Source: a virus (Duplodnaviria; Caudoviricetes). From it: a stretch of DNA of 64,000 nucleotides. Position 1 is the first letter of the stretch; each line of letters opens with the position of its first letter. Positions 54,491 through 63,430 of this stretch are shown piece after piece. Location: positions 128,001 through 192,000 of the IMG/VR virus record IMGVR_UViG_3300037507_003370. One strand, written 5' to 3'. Under the pieces are notes generated by a model. The model was not told the origin of the DNA, did no database searches, and saw nothing but the letters and a program-made list of their open reading frames with translations. The position numbers and the translations under genes were made by a program.

Positions 54491-55192
54491 TCAATTTTCA
54501 AAAACATATGACCAATAACGAGAATCTGTCTTATTCTGTTTTGCGTCCCAAAAAATAGATCGTGCAATGTATGCTGGGACGCCAATTTTACCACAATTAA
54601 CACTCCAGTGTCTTTCCATTTTTTTATATAGATCAAGACCCTTTTTGGATTGGTATGTCAATGTTTTCATGCCATAAAGTTCAAGCATATGAGTATCACC
54701 ACAAAAGACTCTACATTCATTAGGATGAGATTGTTCAAGAGCGAAAGAAACCTTAGCAGTTCCGAGTCCAGAAATATTATTGACAATCTGATCTCTTTTC
54801 TTAACATGGTACTTCTTAGTTGTAAGATAAAACTCTTTGGGATTTGCCCAGAATTTATCCTTAAAACCCCAAATGAACTTTGTGCGGTTATTGTAAAGTC
54901 CACATCCACTATTCTTGATCTTTTCTCTTAAAAGTTCTTTATCATCTAGCCATTCACTAAAATTCTTAATAGCGTTATATCCGGCAACATTAGATTTCCA
55001 AGTAGTATGGACGCTCATGTAGGCAAAAAGATATCTACGAAAAATTTCATCATCACTATTTGGTCGAATACTTTCCCAATATTCCTTATAACTAACTACC
55101 TTATCTTTGGGAAAGTTCTTAAAAAAATCGTCAGCCTTGCTAGTATCCATAGCAATATCTTGAACAGGAATAACAGAGTTCTCAACGATCAT
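54491..55192 (-). CDS. HhH-GPD DNA glycosylase-like protein (Ogg-like)
   Basis: IVNNISGLGTAKVSFAL (HhH) followed by CGDTHM (Asp-x-His). Confidence 0.6.
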   Translation of the reverse strand: MIVENSVIPVQDIAMDTSKADDFFKNFPKDKVVSYKEYWESIRPNSDDEIFRRYLFAYMSVHTTWKSNVAGYNAIKNFSEWLDDKELLREKIKNSGCGLYNNRTKFIWGFKDKFWANPKEFYLTTKKYHVKKRDQIVNNISGLGTAKVSFALEQSHPNECRVFCGDTHMLELYGMKTLTYQSKKGLDLYKKMERHWSVNCGKIGVPAYIARSIFWDAKQNKTDSRYWSYVFEN

Positions 55193-55228
55193 GGGTTTCT
55201 CCAAAAGTGTTTCAAGCGTTATGCTAAC

Positions 55229-55257
55229 ATTCTACACTAGCGTTATCGTCTTGTCAA
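55229..55257 (-). promoter_or_regulatory. sigma70-type promoter
   Basis: TTGACA-AGACGATA..(17 nt)-TAGAAT. Confidence 0.75.
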
Positions 55258-55267
55258 GCACGATTCT

Positions 55268-56584
55268 TTAAATCGTTCTAGCAGACCCGTGTAAAACTTT
55301 AAAAGTTGGGAAACGAAGACTTAATCCTCCATCTTGGTTCTTAGTCTCTTCAAAATACTGTACGGTTATTTGCTTACCAAGAATCTTCTTAGGATTCTTA
55401 TAGAACTCCTGACGCTGCTCAATACTAAAACCGCTACCAACTCGTACAGTATAATCCTTATGGTTAATCATAACACAAGAAAGCATAGTCTCCTCATGCT
55501 CTGCACCATCTTTAACATAACGAAATGGCCCCATCTCAGTATCAACTACCTCATATTCATCATCAAAAAATTTCTTAACTTTGAGTAGGTCTTTGCTTCG
55601 TTTGCCTTTATACGGTTCGTCAGCACGAAGCATGACTCCTTCCCATTTGTAATCAGTAGCATAGTCTGTCCATTGCAGAAAATCATCATCGTTTTCAATT
55701 TTACATTGTGCCAATACACTAAGACAAGTACAAGTATTATCTCTCATAACTTCTCGCAGATTATTGTAACGAATAGAATAGGGACGATTCTTTTCACCCT
55801 TCTTGCTATAAAATTCATCGTGCGTAATCATATCAAAAATCTTGTATGACGGATTAGGAATAGTGTGATCCTTCTTTTTCAGTTGCTTCATAACTCCCTG
55901 AAAATCCTCATTACCATCCTCGTCAACCAAACAAAGTTCACCATCAAATACAACATTAGTAATTCCCAATGCCTTGATTCCACCAGCAACAATATCAAGG
56001 GTATCAAAAGATTTTCCGGTTCGTGAGAAGAAAGAAGCATCGCCATTTTCATCAACAATAGCGATACATCTGGCCCCGTCGATTTTACGACTAACATACC
56101 AACCGTCCTTCCAACTTACCAGTTTAGGCTCATACTTATCTGCCAGAGCAACACTAAACTCTGGAATATGGTCAGGAATAGCCTTGTTGATAATCTTATC
56201 GCCAGCACGGGTTTTCAAGTCCTTATCAATAATACAATGAATGAGTTCTTCAATGTTGTTTTTATTTGACTGACTATCAATAAAAGTATGGACTGCTCCG
56301 ATAGCATCGTGACCAGTAATTTTGCGACTCTTTAGGTCATCTAGCAGACCAAAGAAATTCTTATAAGACTTTCCCCTCAAAGAGTTTTTCTTCTTGAGAT
56401 TATCACTTGTGACATTATATTGCCAAAGAGGATGGTAGGTATAGAGTAGAATTTTCTTAGCAAAACTTGCAGCCTCAGAATTATGATTACAATAATCCTC
56501 AATAATCCCTTGCTTATCAATAGTGCTGCTAGTCGCCCTAAGATCACGAACCATATACCAAACATAATTAAAATCGTGAATCAT
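55268..56584 (-). CDS. ATP-dependent DNA ligase
   Basis: RKIDGAR (KxDG), VFDGEL, IFD, WEGVMLR, LLKVK, SLRFPTF. Confidence 0.95.
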   Translation of the reverse strand: MIHDFNYVWYMVRDLRATSSTIDKQGIIEDYCNHNSEAASFAKKILLYTYHPLWQYNVTSDNLKKKNSLRGKSYKNFFGLLDDLKSRKITGHDAIGAVHTFIDSQSNKNNIEELIHCIIDKDLKTRAGDKIINKAIPDHIPEFSVALADKYEPKLVSWKDGWYVSRKIDGARCIAIVDENGDASFFSRTGKSFDTLDIVAGGIKALGITNVVFDGELCLVDEDGNEDFQGVMKQLKKKDHTIPNPSYKIFDMITHDEFYSKKGEKNRPYSIRYNNLREVMRDNTCTCLSVLAQCKIENDDDFLQWTDYATDYKWEGVMLRADEPYKGKRSKDLLKVKKFFDDEYEVVDTEMGPFRYVKDGAEHEETMLSCVMINHKDYTVRVGSGFSIEQRQEFYKNPKKILGKQITVQYFEETKNQDGGLSLRFPTFKVLHGSARTI

Positions 56585-56609
56585 CCAAATAGTCTCCTGT
56601 GTTTAGCGT

Positions 56610-56638
56610 ATTCTACCATACGCCAATCCTATTGTCAA
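56610..56638 (-). promoter_or_regulatory. sigma70-type promoter
   Basis: TTGACA-N17(TGG)-TAGAAT. Confidence 0.75.
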
Positions 56639-56673
56639 GTATCGACACATGCGTAGTTTTTCTTTAAGCGTTC

Positions 56674-57402
56674 TTACTTATGTTTCCAAATCGAAATATC
56701 ATTATACTCATTTTTATGAAATCTAGTATTTATATGAATACCATAGTCAATATTATCTTTAAAATATTTAAATAATACATAATTAAAAATTGGCATATCT
56801 AAAGATATTTCTATATTTTTTGAAACTTGAGAATGATATTGTGTTAATTGTTCTAATAATCTAATACATATGTTATAGTCTCCACCAACTATACCTGCAT
56901 TTAGTAAAGTATGATCTCTATATTGATTTAATACTTCATCAAAATCTGATATGGTTATATATTTAAATTTTTTTTTCATATAAGTAGATAAAAGTTTGTC
57001 TTTATATTCACTACCACAATATAAAGTATTATTTTTTATATCATAGTTTTTTAACATAAGCACGTCGGTACTATCAACCATAAATAAATTTGAAAATTTA
57101 TGTTTTTTTAAATACTTATAATAAACAAACCATCTATATGTTGTTGGAGTATATTCTTCATTGTTTTCAATTCTTACCCATAAACAACCATCTATATTCG
57201 GAATATTATCAAAACAATCATGGAATACAACAATATTAGATCCATTTTTTAGAACACTATCAATTAGTGGAAGTATTAGAGTATAATCATTTTTCCAAAA
57301 ATCTATCCTTTGATCATCTCTAACAACATGTTTTCTATAATCATTAAGCAATAAAGGATCAGGCGTTGAACAGAAATATGATGCTAAAACTGTATTTATC
57401 AT
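56674..57402 (-). CDS. GT-A-like protein (DxxD, LNAG motifs)
   Basis: YRWFVY, MVDSTDV, LNAGIVGG, DMPIFN. Confidence 0.6.
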   Translation of the reverse strand: MINTVLASYFCSTPDPLLLNDYRKHVVRDDQRIDFWKNDYTLILPLIDSVLKNGSNIVVFHDCFDNIPNIDGCLWVRIENNEEYTPTTYRWFVYYKYLKKHKFSNLFMVDSTDVLMLKNYDIKNNTLYCGSEYKDKLLSTYMKKKFKYITISDFDEVLNQYRDHTLLNAGIVGGDYNICIRLLEQLTQYHSQVSKNIEISLDMPIFNYVLFKYFKDNIDYGIHINTRFHKNEYNDISIWKHK

Positions 57403-58076
57403 GGGATATGTAATATGTCTTCGGTTGTTCCGTTAAGTGTTTGAAAAATACTACAATTATCGTCAATTAAAATTTTAGGGTACCATTTATAAAAATTTTG
57501 TTTAACAATTTTTTGTTCAGAGTAATCTTCGACCTTTACAAAAGATAGGCACTCGCTATAAAATTTAAGCATTGATTCTTTTTTGCCGATACACGCTCCA
57601 GCATTTAAATAACAAAAGGGTTCACGAAACCATTTTTTTTCATCGCTATAATCTTTAGGCCAACAATTTATTTCGGCATTAAACAGAATATCACAATTTT
57701 TCAATAAAAACTTTTCTATAATTTCGCCCAAACAAAAAACAACAACATCTGAGGAATCCATACTGAGAACATAATCGGTCTGATTCGACTTTAAGTAATC
57801 TATTATTAGTGATATTTTGTGAATATTATTCCATTTTTTTATATCGGCTCCCATAACTGTGCATCTATTTTGAATTGAGTTCTCTAAACTCCCGACATCT
57901 TTATTGCAGTGTGATGATCCATTATTAAATGTGACTATTTGTAGATTATGAGGTATAAAAACATCGTTGTTACATAAATCTTTAATTCTTTGCCACAAAG
58001 GGGATTTTTGTGGTATTCCATGAGCATGAAAAATAGTTGGATTTGTATTATAGATTAGATTACAAAATTGTTTCAT
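57399..58076 (-). CDS. PLOD (lysyl hydroxylase) glycosyltransferase-domain-like protein
   Basis: KISLIIDYL, SMDSSDVV, ILFNAEINCWP, YLNAGACIG, IDDNCSIFQTL, HAHG. Confidence 0.7.
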   Translation of the reverse strand: MKQFCNLIYNTNPTIFHAHGIPQKSPLWQRIKDLCNNDVFIPHNLQIVTFNNGSSHCNKDVGSLENSIQNRCTVMGADIKKWNNIHKISLIIDYLKSNQTDYVLSMDSSDVVVFCLGEIIEKFLLKNCDILFNAEINCWPKDYSDEKKWFREPFCYLNAGACIGKKESMLKFYSECLSFVKVEDYSEQKIVKQNFYKWYPKILIDDNCSIFQTLNGTTEDILHIP

Positions 58077-58079
58077 AAA

Positions 58080-58925
58080 TTATTTAATGCTTTTTATATA
58101 TACTGATAAATTATTTTTTGGATTCCAATTTAAAATGGTTTTTGTTTCATTATTTTCTGCCAGAGTAGTTGGTGCTTCTCCAACCAAATCTGGTTTGTAT
58201 ATTATATTATTGTATTGAAACATATCTACTACTTCAGATACGCTATAATTCTCACCTCTGCCTAATTCAAATTCAAATCCGTATTTGTGATTTATTATAA
58301 TTTTAATTATTGCATCACATACATCATCAACATGAGTAAAGTCACGGCGTTTAGATCCATCACCATAAATGATAAAAGGTAAATTGTTTTTATAATTATA
58401 TTTCCATTTACCAATTAATGTTCCATTATCATCCATCAATTCATTCGGTCCATACACATTATATAATCTAGCAATAGATGCTAATAAACTAAAATTTTGT
58501 TGATATAGTCTTATTATGTCTTCTCCAACATCTTTCGTAAAAGTATATGGATTACTAAATTTGCCGCTATGATGAGAACTTGTTCCAATATAAACTATTG
58601 GAATACTATTTTGAGCAGCATACTTTGTAATATTATATGTCCCAAGAATGTTAGTATGGAAATATTCTTTATCGTCAATAAAAGATTGTTTTATCCTGGC
58701 CTTTGCTGCACAATGAACTATAGCATCAAACTTACCATATCTATGGTAATCTATGGTTGATATAATGTCATTCTTAATATATTCTATGCCTTCTGTGTGA
58801 TTATTTTCTGATCCGGTAGAATAATTATCTATAGACACTACAGAACATCCTAAAGAATATAATCTTTTTCCAAGATTTGACCCCACAAATCCAGCACCTC
58901 CTGTGATAAGAATATTTTTATTCAT
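58080..58925 (-). CDS. NAD-dependent nucleotide-sugar epimerase/dehydratase
   Basis: GGAGFVG, HCAA, YTFTK (YxxxK), RLYNVYGP, RDFTHVDD. Confidence 0.9.
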   Translation of the reverse strand: MNKNILITGGAGFVGSNLGKRLYSLGCSVVSIDNYSTGSENNHTEGIEYIKNDIISTIDYHRYGKFDAIVHCAAKARIKQSFIDDKEYFHTNILGTYNITKYAAQNSIPIVYIGTSSHHSGKFSNPYTFTKDVGEDIIRLYQQNFSLLASIARLYNVYGPNELMDDNGTLIGKWKYNYKNNLPFIIYGDGSKRRDFTHVDDVCDAIIKIIINHKYGFEFELGRGENYSVSEVVDMFQYNNIIYKPDLVGEAPTTLAENNETKTILNWNPKNNLSVYIKSIK

Positions 58926-58927
58926 AT

Positions 58928-59614
58928 TTAATTATCAATAAATTTTCTATTTGAATTTCTGTATTCGTTACCAATATATGTTGTAGATTTTGGCCCAGTC
59001 CATTCGTGATGACATAATGCTTTGTTTACTATAATCACTCTTTGTTGACTAGAAAGTTTTCTCTGAGGATGGTCTGCTGGCATAGACATGGTTCTTAATA
59101 ATAAATAAAGTTCTAATATTGCTAATTTTTTTGTATAAAATAATTGATTCCCCCATGGACTTTCATCACACATTGAAAATATCTCTTTTTTTATACTATA
59201 GACTTTTTTCTTATTTACGTCTGGATATTCGTGTAAAAGCATCATATCTGCTGTAGGAAATTCTTTTTTTCCCTCAGATATTGTATTAAATAATTCGTCT
59301 TTGTTTTTTATTAATGGAGTTATATCATCCTCCATAATAATTACTTCTTCATAATTATTCTCTAATAAGTGCTCATAGAGAAGGCAAAAACTTGTAGCAC
59401 ATGCTATCTCTCCTTCGCTCAGTTGTCTGCCCATAAAACTTATTGCTAATTTTTTATCATATGGATATATAAATTTATTATTTGTTATATTTTTTCTATC
59501 ATAACCTTTCCAAAAAACAATATCTAAATTTAGTTTATCTATCCATTCTTTCTGTATTAAAGATTTTCTTTCTGTTGCTCGTTCAAGATTAATACAAAAT
59601 ATTGGAATATTCAT
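58928..59614 (-). CDS. GT25 glycosyltransferase
   Basis: FCINLERATERK, GEIACATS, IMEDD. Confidence 0.85.
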   Translation of the reverse strand: MNIPIFCINLERATERKSLIQKEWIDKLNLDIVFWKGYDRKNITNNKFIYPYDKKLAISFMGRQLSEGEIACATSFCLLYEHLLENNYEEVIIMEDDITPLIKNKDELFNTISEGKKEFPTADMMLLHEYPDVNKKKVYSIKKEIFSMCDESPWGNQLFYTKKLAILELYLLLRTMSMPADHPQRKLSSQQRVIIVNKALCHHEWTGPKSTTYIGNEYRNSNRKFIDN

Positions 59615-59617
59615 ATG

Positions 59618-60436
59618 TTAAAAATAATATTTATCTATCATATCTAAAAATAAATTTAGTCCCATAAATTCTTCAAACGTATTCTTTAGTCCCCACAAAT
59701 GTAATATTTTATGTTCTTTTAGTCTGTGTCTTATTCCAATCTCACCTTTTGCTGTTATGGATCCTGGCACTAAAACTGGTAAATTTTGTTTATTCATTTT
59801 TTTTGCAATAATCGAGGGTAATATATATTGCTCTAAAAATACTGATGTTTTCCAATTATATCCGTCTGTCTTTAGTGTTGATAAAAATTCGGTTATTTCA
59901 TTATTATGATTGTTAATACCTGTTATTAGATGATCTATGCTGTTTTTAATAGTAATATAGTCCGTACCGCCAAAAATGCCAAAATTATAACATTGAGCAA
60001 TATCATTATCTATATTAAACCACTCGTCTATTTTGTCTTTAGGCAACTTACTAAAAAAACAAGTTTTCATCCACGGTTCGTGATGCAAAGTTATAAAAGG
60101 TTCATTTTTATATGGCTGTATAATATCTTCTACTAAAAATAAATCTAAATCCACATGATAAAATGGCTCATTAACTAATAAACAAGAAACAAGTTTAGTA
60201 ACAGACCAAAAGTCAAAAGTATTTGGTAATTCATAATCTTTTAAATCTATTATTCTTATATCATCATATGGTATGTGTTTAAAATAAGGTAGGCTTTTTG
60301 TATCAGTATATAATATGGTAGTATATTGATGCTTTTTTAAGAACTTGTTTGATAATTCTGCTTGCTTACTTGCTGCTGAAATATTAGCTCTGATGCTAGA
60401 TGTATCGTTAGGGAAAAAGCTATGTATTGTTATCAT
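59618..60436 (-). CDS. Glycosyltransferase-like protein (DUF6734-like)
   Basis: WSVTKL, HVDLDLFL, YNFGIFGG, FLEQY, HLWG. Confidence 0.6.
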   Translation of the reverse strand: MITIHSFFPNDTSSIRANISAASKQAELSNKFLKKHQYTTILYTDTKSLPYFKHIPYDDIRIIDLKDYELPNTFDFWSVTKLVSCLLVNEPFYHVDLDLFLVEDIIQPYKNEPFITLHHEPWMKTCFFSKLPKDKIDEWFNIDNDIAQCYNFGIFGGTDYITIKNSIDHLITGINNHNNEITEFLSTLKTDGYNWKTSVFLEQYILPSIIAKKMNKQNLPVLVPGSITAKGEIGIRHRLKEHKILHLWGLKNTFEEFMGLNLFLDMIDKYYF

Positions 60437-60782
60437 TTTGCTGGTTCCTATTTTTTGCCATGATTAAATAGTTTACAGCCTTAATTACACCGGTTAAATT
60501 GTCATCAAGTTTACCTATGCCAGTATTACACCTATCACAGAGCCAACCTCTAAAAGAATCATCAGAATGATCGTGATCCAAGCACCATTTTAATGGTATT
60601 TTTTTACAACACTCACAAAGTTCTGGTTTTGGTGGTGCTTTTTTATGAAGTTTACCACGAACTTTAGTTTGTTTTTTTACACACTTTTTGCATCTGCTAT
60701 CCAGATTGTCTTTATACATAGTGTGTTTAGGAAAACTTCCTTTGTTTTTCCTTTTACCGCAATATGAACAAATTTTTCTCAT
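60420..60782 (-). CDS. Endonuclease VII-like protein
   Basis: CECC, LDHDH....RGWLCDRCNTGIG. Confidence 0.85.
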   Translation of the reverse strand: MRKICSYCGKRKNKGSFPKHTMYKDNLDSRCKKCVKKQTKVRGKLHKKAPPKPELCECCKKIPLKWCLDHDHSDDSFRGWLCDRCNTGIGKLDDNLTGVIKAVNYLIMAKNRNQQNDNNT

Positions 60783-60790
60783 AATATAAG

Positions 60791-61140
60791 TGGACTAGAG
60801 GGGAGTCGAACCCCTGTCCAGAATAAACATCAATATAAACTTCTACATCGTTAGTCTATTGTAATTCGGACACTAGACAAACCTAGAAGAAATTATCTTC
60901 ATCAGATCGGTTACGATCATTGTCTATGTTTTCGGGTTAGACTTCCTTATCAGATTTATCTGAGTCAACATGATTGGGTAATAAGGCCCATATAGCCCCA
61001 CTCGTACCTAATTAATTAGGCAGCGAGAGCGAGATTTACTTCGCCAATTAACATTTTTTGAATAACTTTTATACTGGCCCGTTATTCAACCAGTCGATGC
61101 CGTCTATATCTATTTTACCTGTCGATACCTTTACTAGCCC
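60791..61140 (-). ncRNA. ssrA: tmRNA; tag (A)GEVNLALAA* at 61016-61045; no CCA encoded
   Basis: 5' GGGCTAG...TCGAC; 3' AGGGG-TTCGACT-CCCCT-CTAGTCC-A with G3.U70 Ala determinant; tag frame GGC GAA GTA AAT CTC GCT CTC GCT GCC TAA. Confidence 0.93.
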
Positions 61141-61317
61141 TTAGTTTTCCAGTTCAATCAATCTATCGTGTAGATTACTGACCATTTTTGTATGTATCAT
61201 ATCGTTGATCTTATTAACTTCTTTAACAGCCTCCAAAGATTCTGAATGAATAACATTCATTGTTAGTGAAGCAAATAAAACTGATAATAGACATATAAAC
61301 AGAAGTCTGTATTTCAT
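61141..61317 (-). CDS. Small TM plus coiled-coil protein (58 aa; not in ORF track)
   Basis: MKYRLLFICLLSVLFASLTMNVI...LHDRLIELEN*; stop abuts the tmRNA 5' end. Confidence 0.6.
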   Translation of the reverse strand: MKYRLLFICLLSVLFASLTMNVIHSESLEAVKEVNKINDMIHTKMVSNLHDRLIELEN

Positions 61318-61377
61318 GATAATCTTTCTTTTAGGCGGGTTAGTTACTTAACTAATGTAAAGGAAGGTCACTATGTT

Positions 61378-61590
61378 TTACACCATTCCGTTTTTAATCA
61401 TATTCAGATACTCTTTTTTGCTTATCCAAATATCGTCATTTTGATACCTTTTTGACAATAATGAACGAATCTTTTTTCTTCCAACATAGCATGGTTGAAA
61501 CCTTAAAGATTGTCCACTAAAATAGCATTTCCTATTAAACAAACAATATTTTAATGTCCATTGTCTATCATGTGTAATTTCAGAAATCAT
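61378..61590 (-). CDS. Hypothetical protein (70 aa)
   Basis: Coupled ORF. Confidence 0.55.
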   Translation of the reverse strand: MISEITHDRQWTLKYCLFNRKCYFSGQSLRFQPCYVGRKKIRSLLSKRYQNDDIWISKKEYLNMIKNGMV

Positions 61591-61837
61591 TTTTGATTGG
61601 TTCTCTAGTTTTAATATCGTACTTAGTGCCTGAAGTATATGTTTGTTTTGATAGTCTTTTAACTTCTTCCATCAATTTCTTCAGTTCATCATTATCAACT
61701 GGCGAAGTTATGCTATTAACTATATGATGTAGTTGATTGATTTTTTCAAGAAATATCCAATTAAAACCAACTGACAAAACTAATAGACCAACTAAAAGAG
61801 TTACTATTGGCATACAGCATAATGAACGATGAGTCAT
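61580..61837 (-). CDS. Small TM plus coiled-coil protein
   Basis: N-terminal TM; SD AAGGA. Confidence 0.6.
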   Translation of the reverse strand: MTHRSLCCMPIVTLLVGLLVLSVGFNWIFLEKINQLHHIVNSITSPVDNDELKKLMEEVKRLSKQTYTSGTKYDIKTREPIKNDF

Positions 61838-61911
61838 AAACTTTCCTTATTTTTGATATGATTAGTGTCCACGATATAATAGTTTCACTGTTATCAAAAG
61901 CAAGTTTAAAA

Positions 61912-61987
61912 TAGGGCGAGTAGGAGTCGAACCTACCTATGAACACCTTATAAGAGTGTCGGATGCAACCGGCTTACCTTCCGCCCC
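61912..61987 (-). tRNA. trnI: tRNA-Ile(UAU); no CCA encoded
   Basis: GGGGCGG/TCGCCCT acceptor, A73, anticodon arm GACACT-CT-TAT-AA-GGTGTT, T-arm GTAGG-TTCGACT-CCTAC. Confidence 0.88.
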
Positions 61988-62020
61988 GTCTTGTTAAAGA
62001 TCAATCACCGTCCTGCCACC

Positions 62021-62048
62021 ATTATATCATCGTCATCCATCTTGTCAA
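62021..62048 (-). promoter_or_regulatory. sigma70-type promoter for tRNA-Ile/tmRNA unit
   Basis: TTGACA-N16(TGA)-TATAAT. Confidence 0.8.
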
Positions 62049-62056
62049 GACTTGAA

Positions 62057-62596
62057 TTATTTTGCGAGATGGCTTGTATATTTGTCGCCCTCTAATAAAC
62101 GGTAATAATGTAGTACATAAAAACCTTGTGCTACAATACATTTTTTACCAAGAGAATTTACTTTATTATAAAATAATCTATCAACGTGTAATATTCCCTT
62201 TTCAAAACCACCTACTTCTTTCCATACTCTTTTTTTAAATGAAAAATAAAATCCAGATAAAAAAGTTCCAGTCATCAGTTTTGTAGAATATTGATTTTTA
62301 TCAAAGAGGTCTTGAGCATATTTTTTATGCTTTATAATATTTTTTTCATTATACATATCTTTGCAAACTTGATCAATATTGGACGTAGCCGCTCTATTAG
62401 TTAGACAAGTAACTATCCCAACATCTTTATTTTGATCTAAAATAGAACCCCATATTTCTCCCCAATTCAGATGTAACTGCATTATATCTCCATCAGAAAA
62501 TGTTATCCAATCATCGTCATCTGGAACAAGACTACAATAATGATTATAGGCTTCTCCTAAGTCACCTTTTACGAAAGGAGTAAAATAATATATCAT
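62057..62596 (-). CDS. GT-A-like protein
   Basis: LGEAYN, WITFSDGD, W.EVGGF...VD, HYYR. Confidence 0.6.
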   Translation of the reverse strand: MIYYFTPFVKGDLGEAYNHYCSLVPDDDDWITFSDGDIMQLHLNWGEIWGSILDQNKDVGIVTCLTNRAATSNIDQVCKDMYNEKNIIKHKKYAQDLFDKNQYSTKLMTGTFLSGFYFSFKKRVWKEVGGFEKGILHVDRLFYNKVNSLGKKCIVAQGFYVLHYYRLLEGDKYTSHLAK

Positions 62597-62769
62597 ACAG
62601 AATCAGTATTCTTTAATTTCTGAATTTCAATTTGATACTGTTCTATCTTTTTATACATTTCTTGACATGAAACACAAAAATCAGAGGCTATGTATGCTTT
62701 GCAGTCATGTATTTTATCCTCAAGATCCCGTATCTTTCTTTTTGTTTCTTCGTTTAATTGGTTTGTCAT
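62593..62769 (-). CDS. Small hypothetical protein (C..C motif)
   Basis: Start probably MTNQ. Confidence 0.5.
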   Translation of the reverse strand: MTNQLNEETKRKIRDLEDKIHDCKAYIASDFCVSCQEMYKKIEQYQIEIQKLKNTDSV

Positions 62770-63142
62770 TTGATTTTCTCTTCTTGGTTGTGGAACTAGT
62801 TTCTTGATTTGCCCAAAAAACCATCTCATTACTTTCATTATCCCAAGCACATTCTACTAATCCTTTAGCAGCGAGTTTTGCTAATCCAACATTATGAATC
62901 CATGTTACAGTATGTTCATAAATTTTTTCATTAGCATCCTCATTGAGCAAAGGACGCTCTTTATTATCAAACCCAACACATTCGGTTATAACAAGATTAA
63001 TCATTTGTCCGATACTAATAAAATCATCAAGATTTTCATCGTAAGACTGTGATAGGCTTTTAGCAGCAGCCTCACGCATTTCTGTGACATATCCTTCAAG
63101 ATCAGTAATGGCATAAACGTCGCCCATGTTCATACTCTCCAA
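62720..63142 (-). CDS. Hypothetical protein (140 aa)
   Basis: SD GGAG; ECAWD...FW motif also seen in 43229-43642 (SGFD...FW). Confidence 0.6.
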   Translation of the reverse strand: MESMNMGDVYAITDLEGYVTEMREAAAKSLSQSYDENLDDFISIGQMINLVITECVGFDNKERPLLNEDANEKIYEHTVTWIHNVGLAKLAAKGLVECAWDNESNEMVFWANQETSSTTKKRKSNDKPIKRRNKKKDTGS

Positions 63143-63151
63143 AGTAATTGA

Positions 63152-63430
63152 CTAGATATACTTACTTACACCTTTATCCATATCATTAATTAGACGATCA
63201 ATTAAACGATTTATAGTGTAATCCATCGAATATTGTCCTCTAGGAAGCCATTTAGTATCATCTCTTAGGCCAGTTTTTATCTGAGGCAACCAATGTTGAT
63301 ATGCCAGATCATATTCTTTTGGAAAATACATCTTTAAAATAGTATCAATTTTATTCAGATGATCTTCTATATGATCTCTATGAGAGTATAGATTTTGTAG
63401 TGCTTCTTTTTGTTGAGGATTTAAACTCAT
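63152..63430 (-). CDS. Hypothetical protein (92 aa)
   Basis: Coupled ORF. Confidence 0.6.
   Translation of the reverse strand: MSLNPQQKEALQNLYSHRDHIEDHLNKIDTILKMYFPKEYDLAYQHWLPQIKTGLRDDTKWLPRGQYSMDYTINRLIDRLINDMDKGVSKYI

Noticed and set aside
61851-61899. TTTTGATA/TATCAAAA inverted repeat after tRNA-Ile
   Set aside because: AT-only 8-bp stem in AT-rich DNA; plausible by chance or a simple tRNA trailer.
61761-61946. 61-aa minus-strand ORF overlapping tRNA-Ile
   Set aside because: Starts inside the tRNA gene and overlaps a better-supported CDS.
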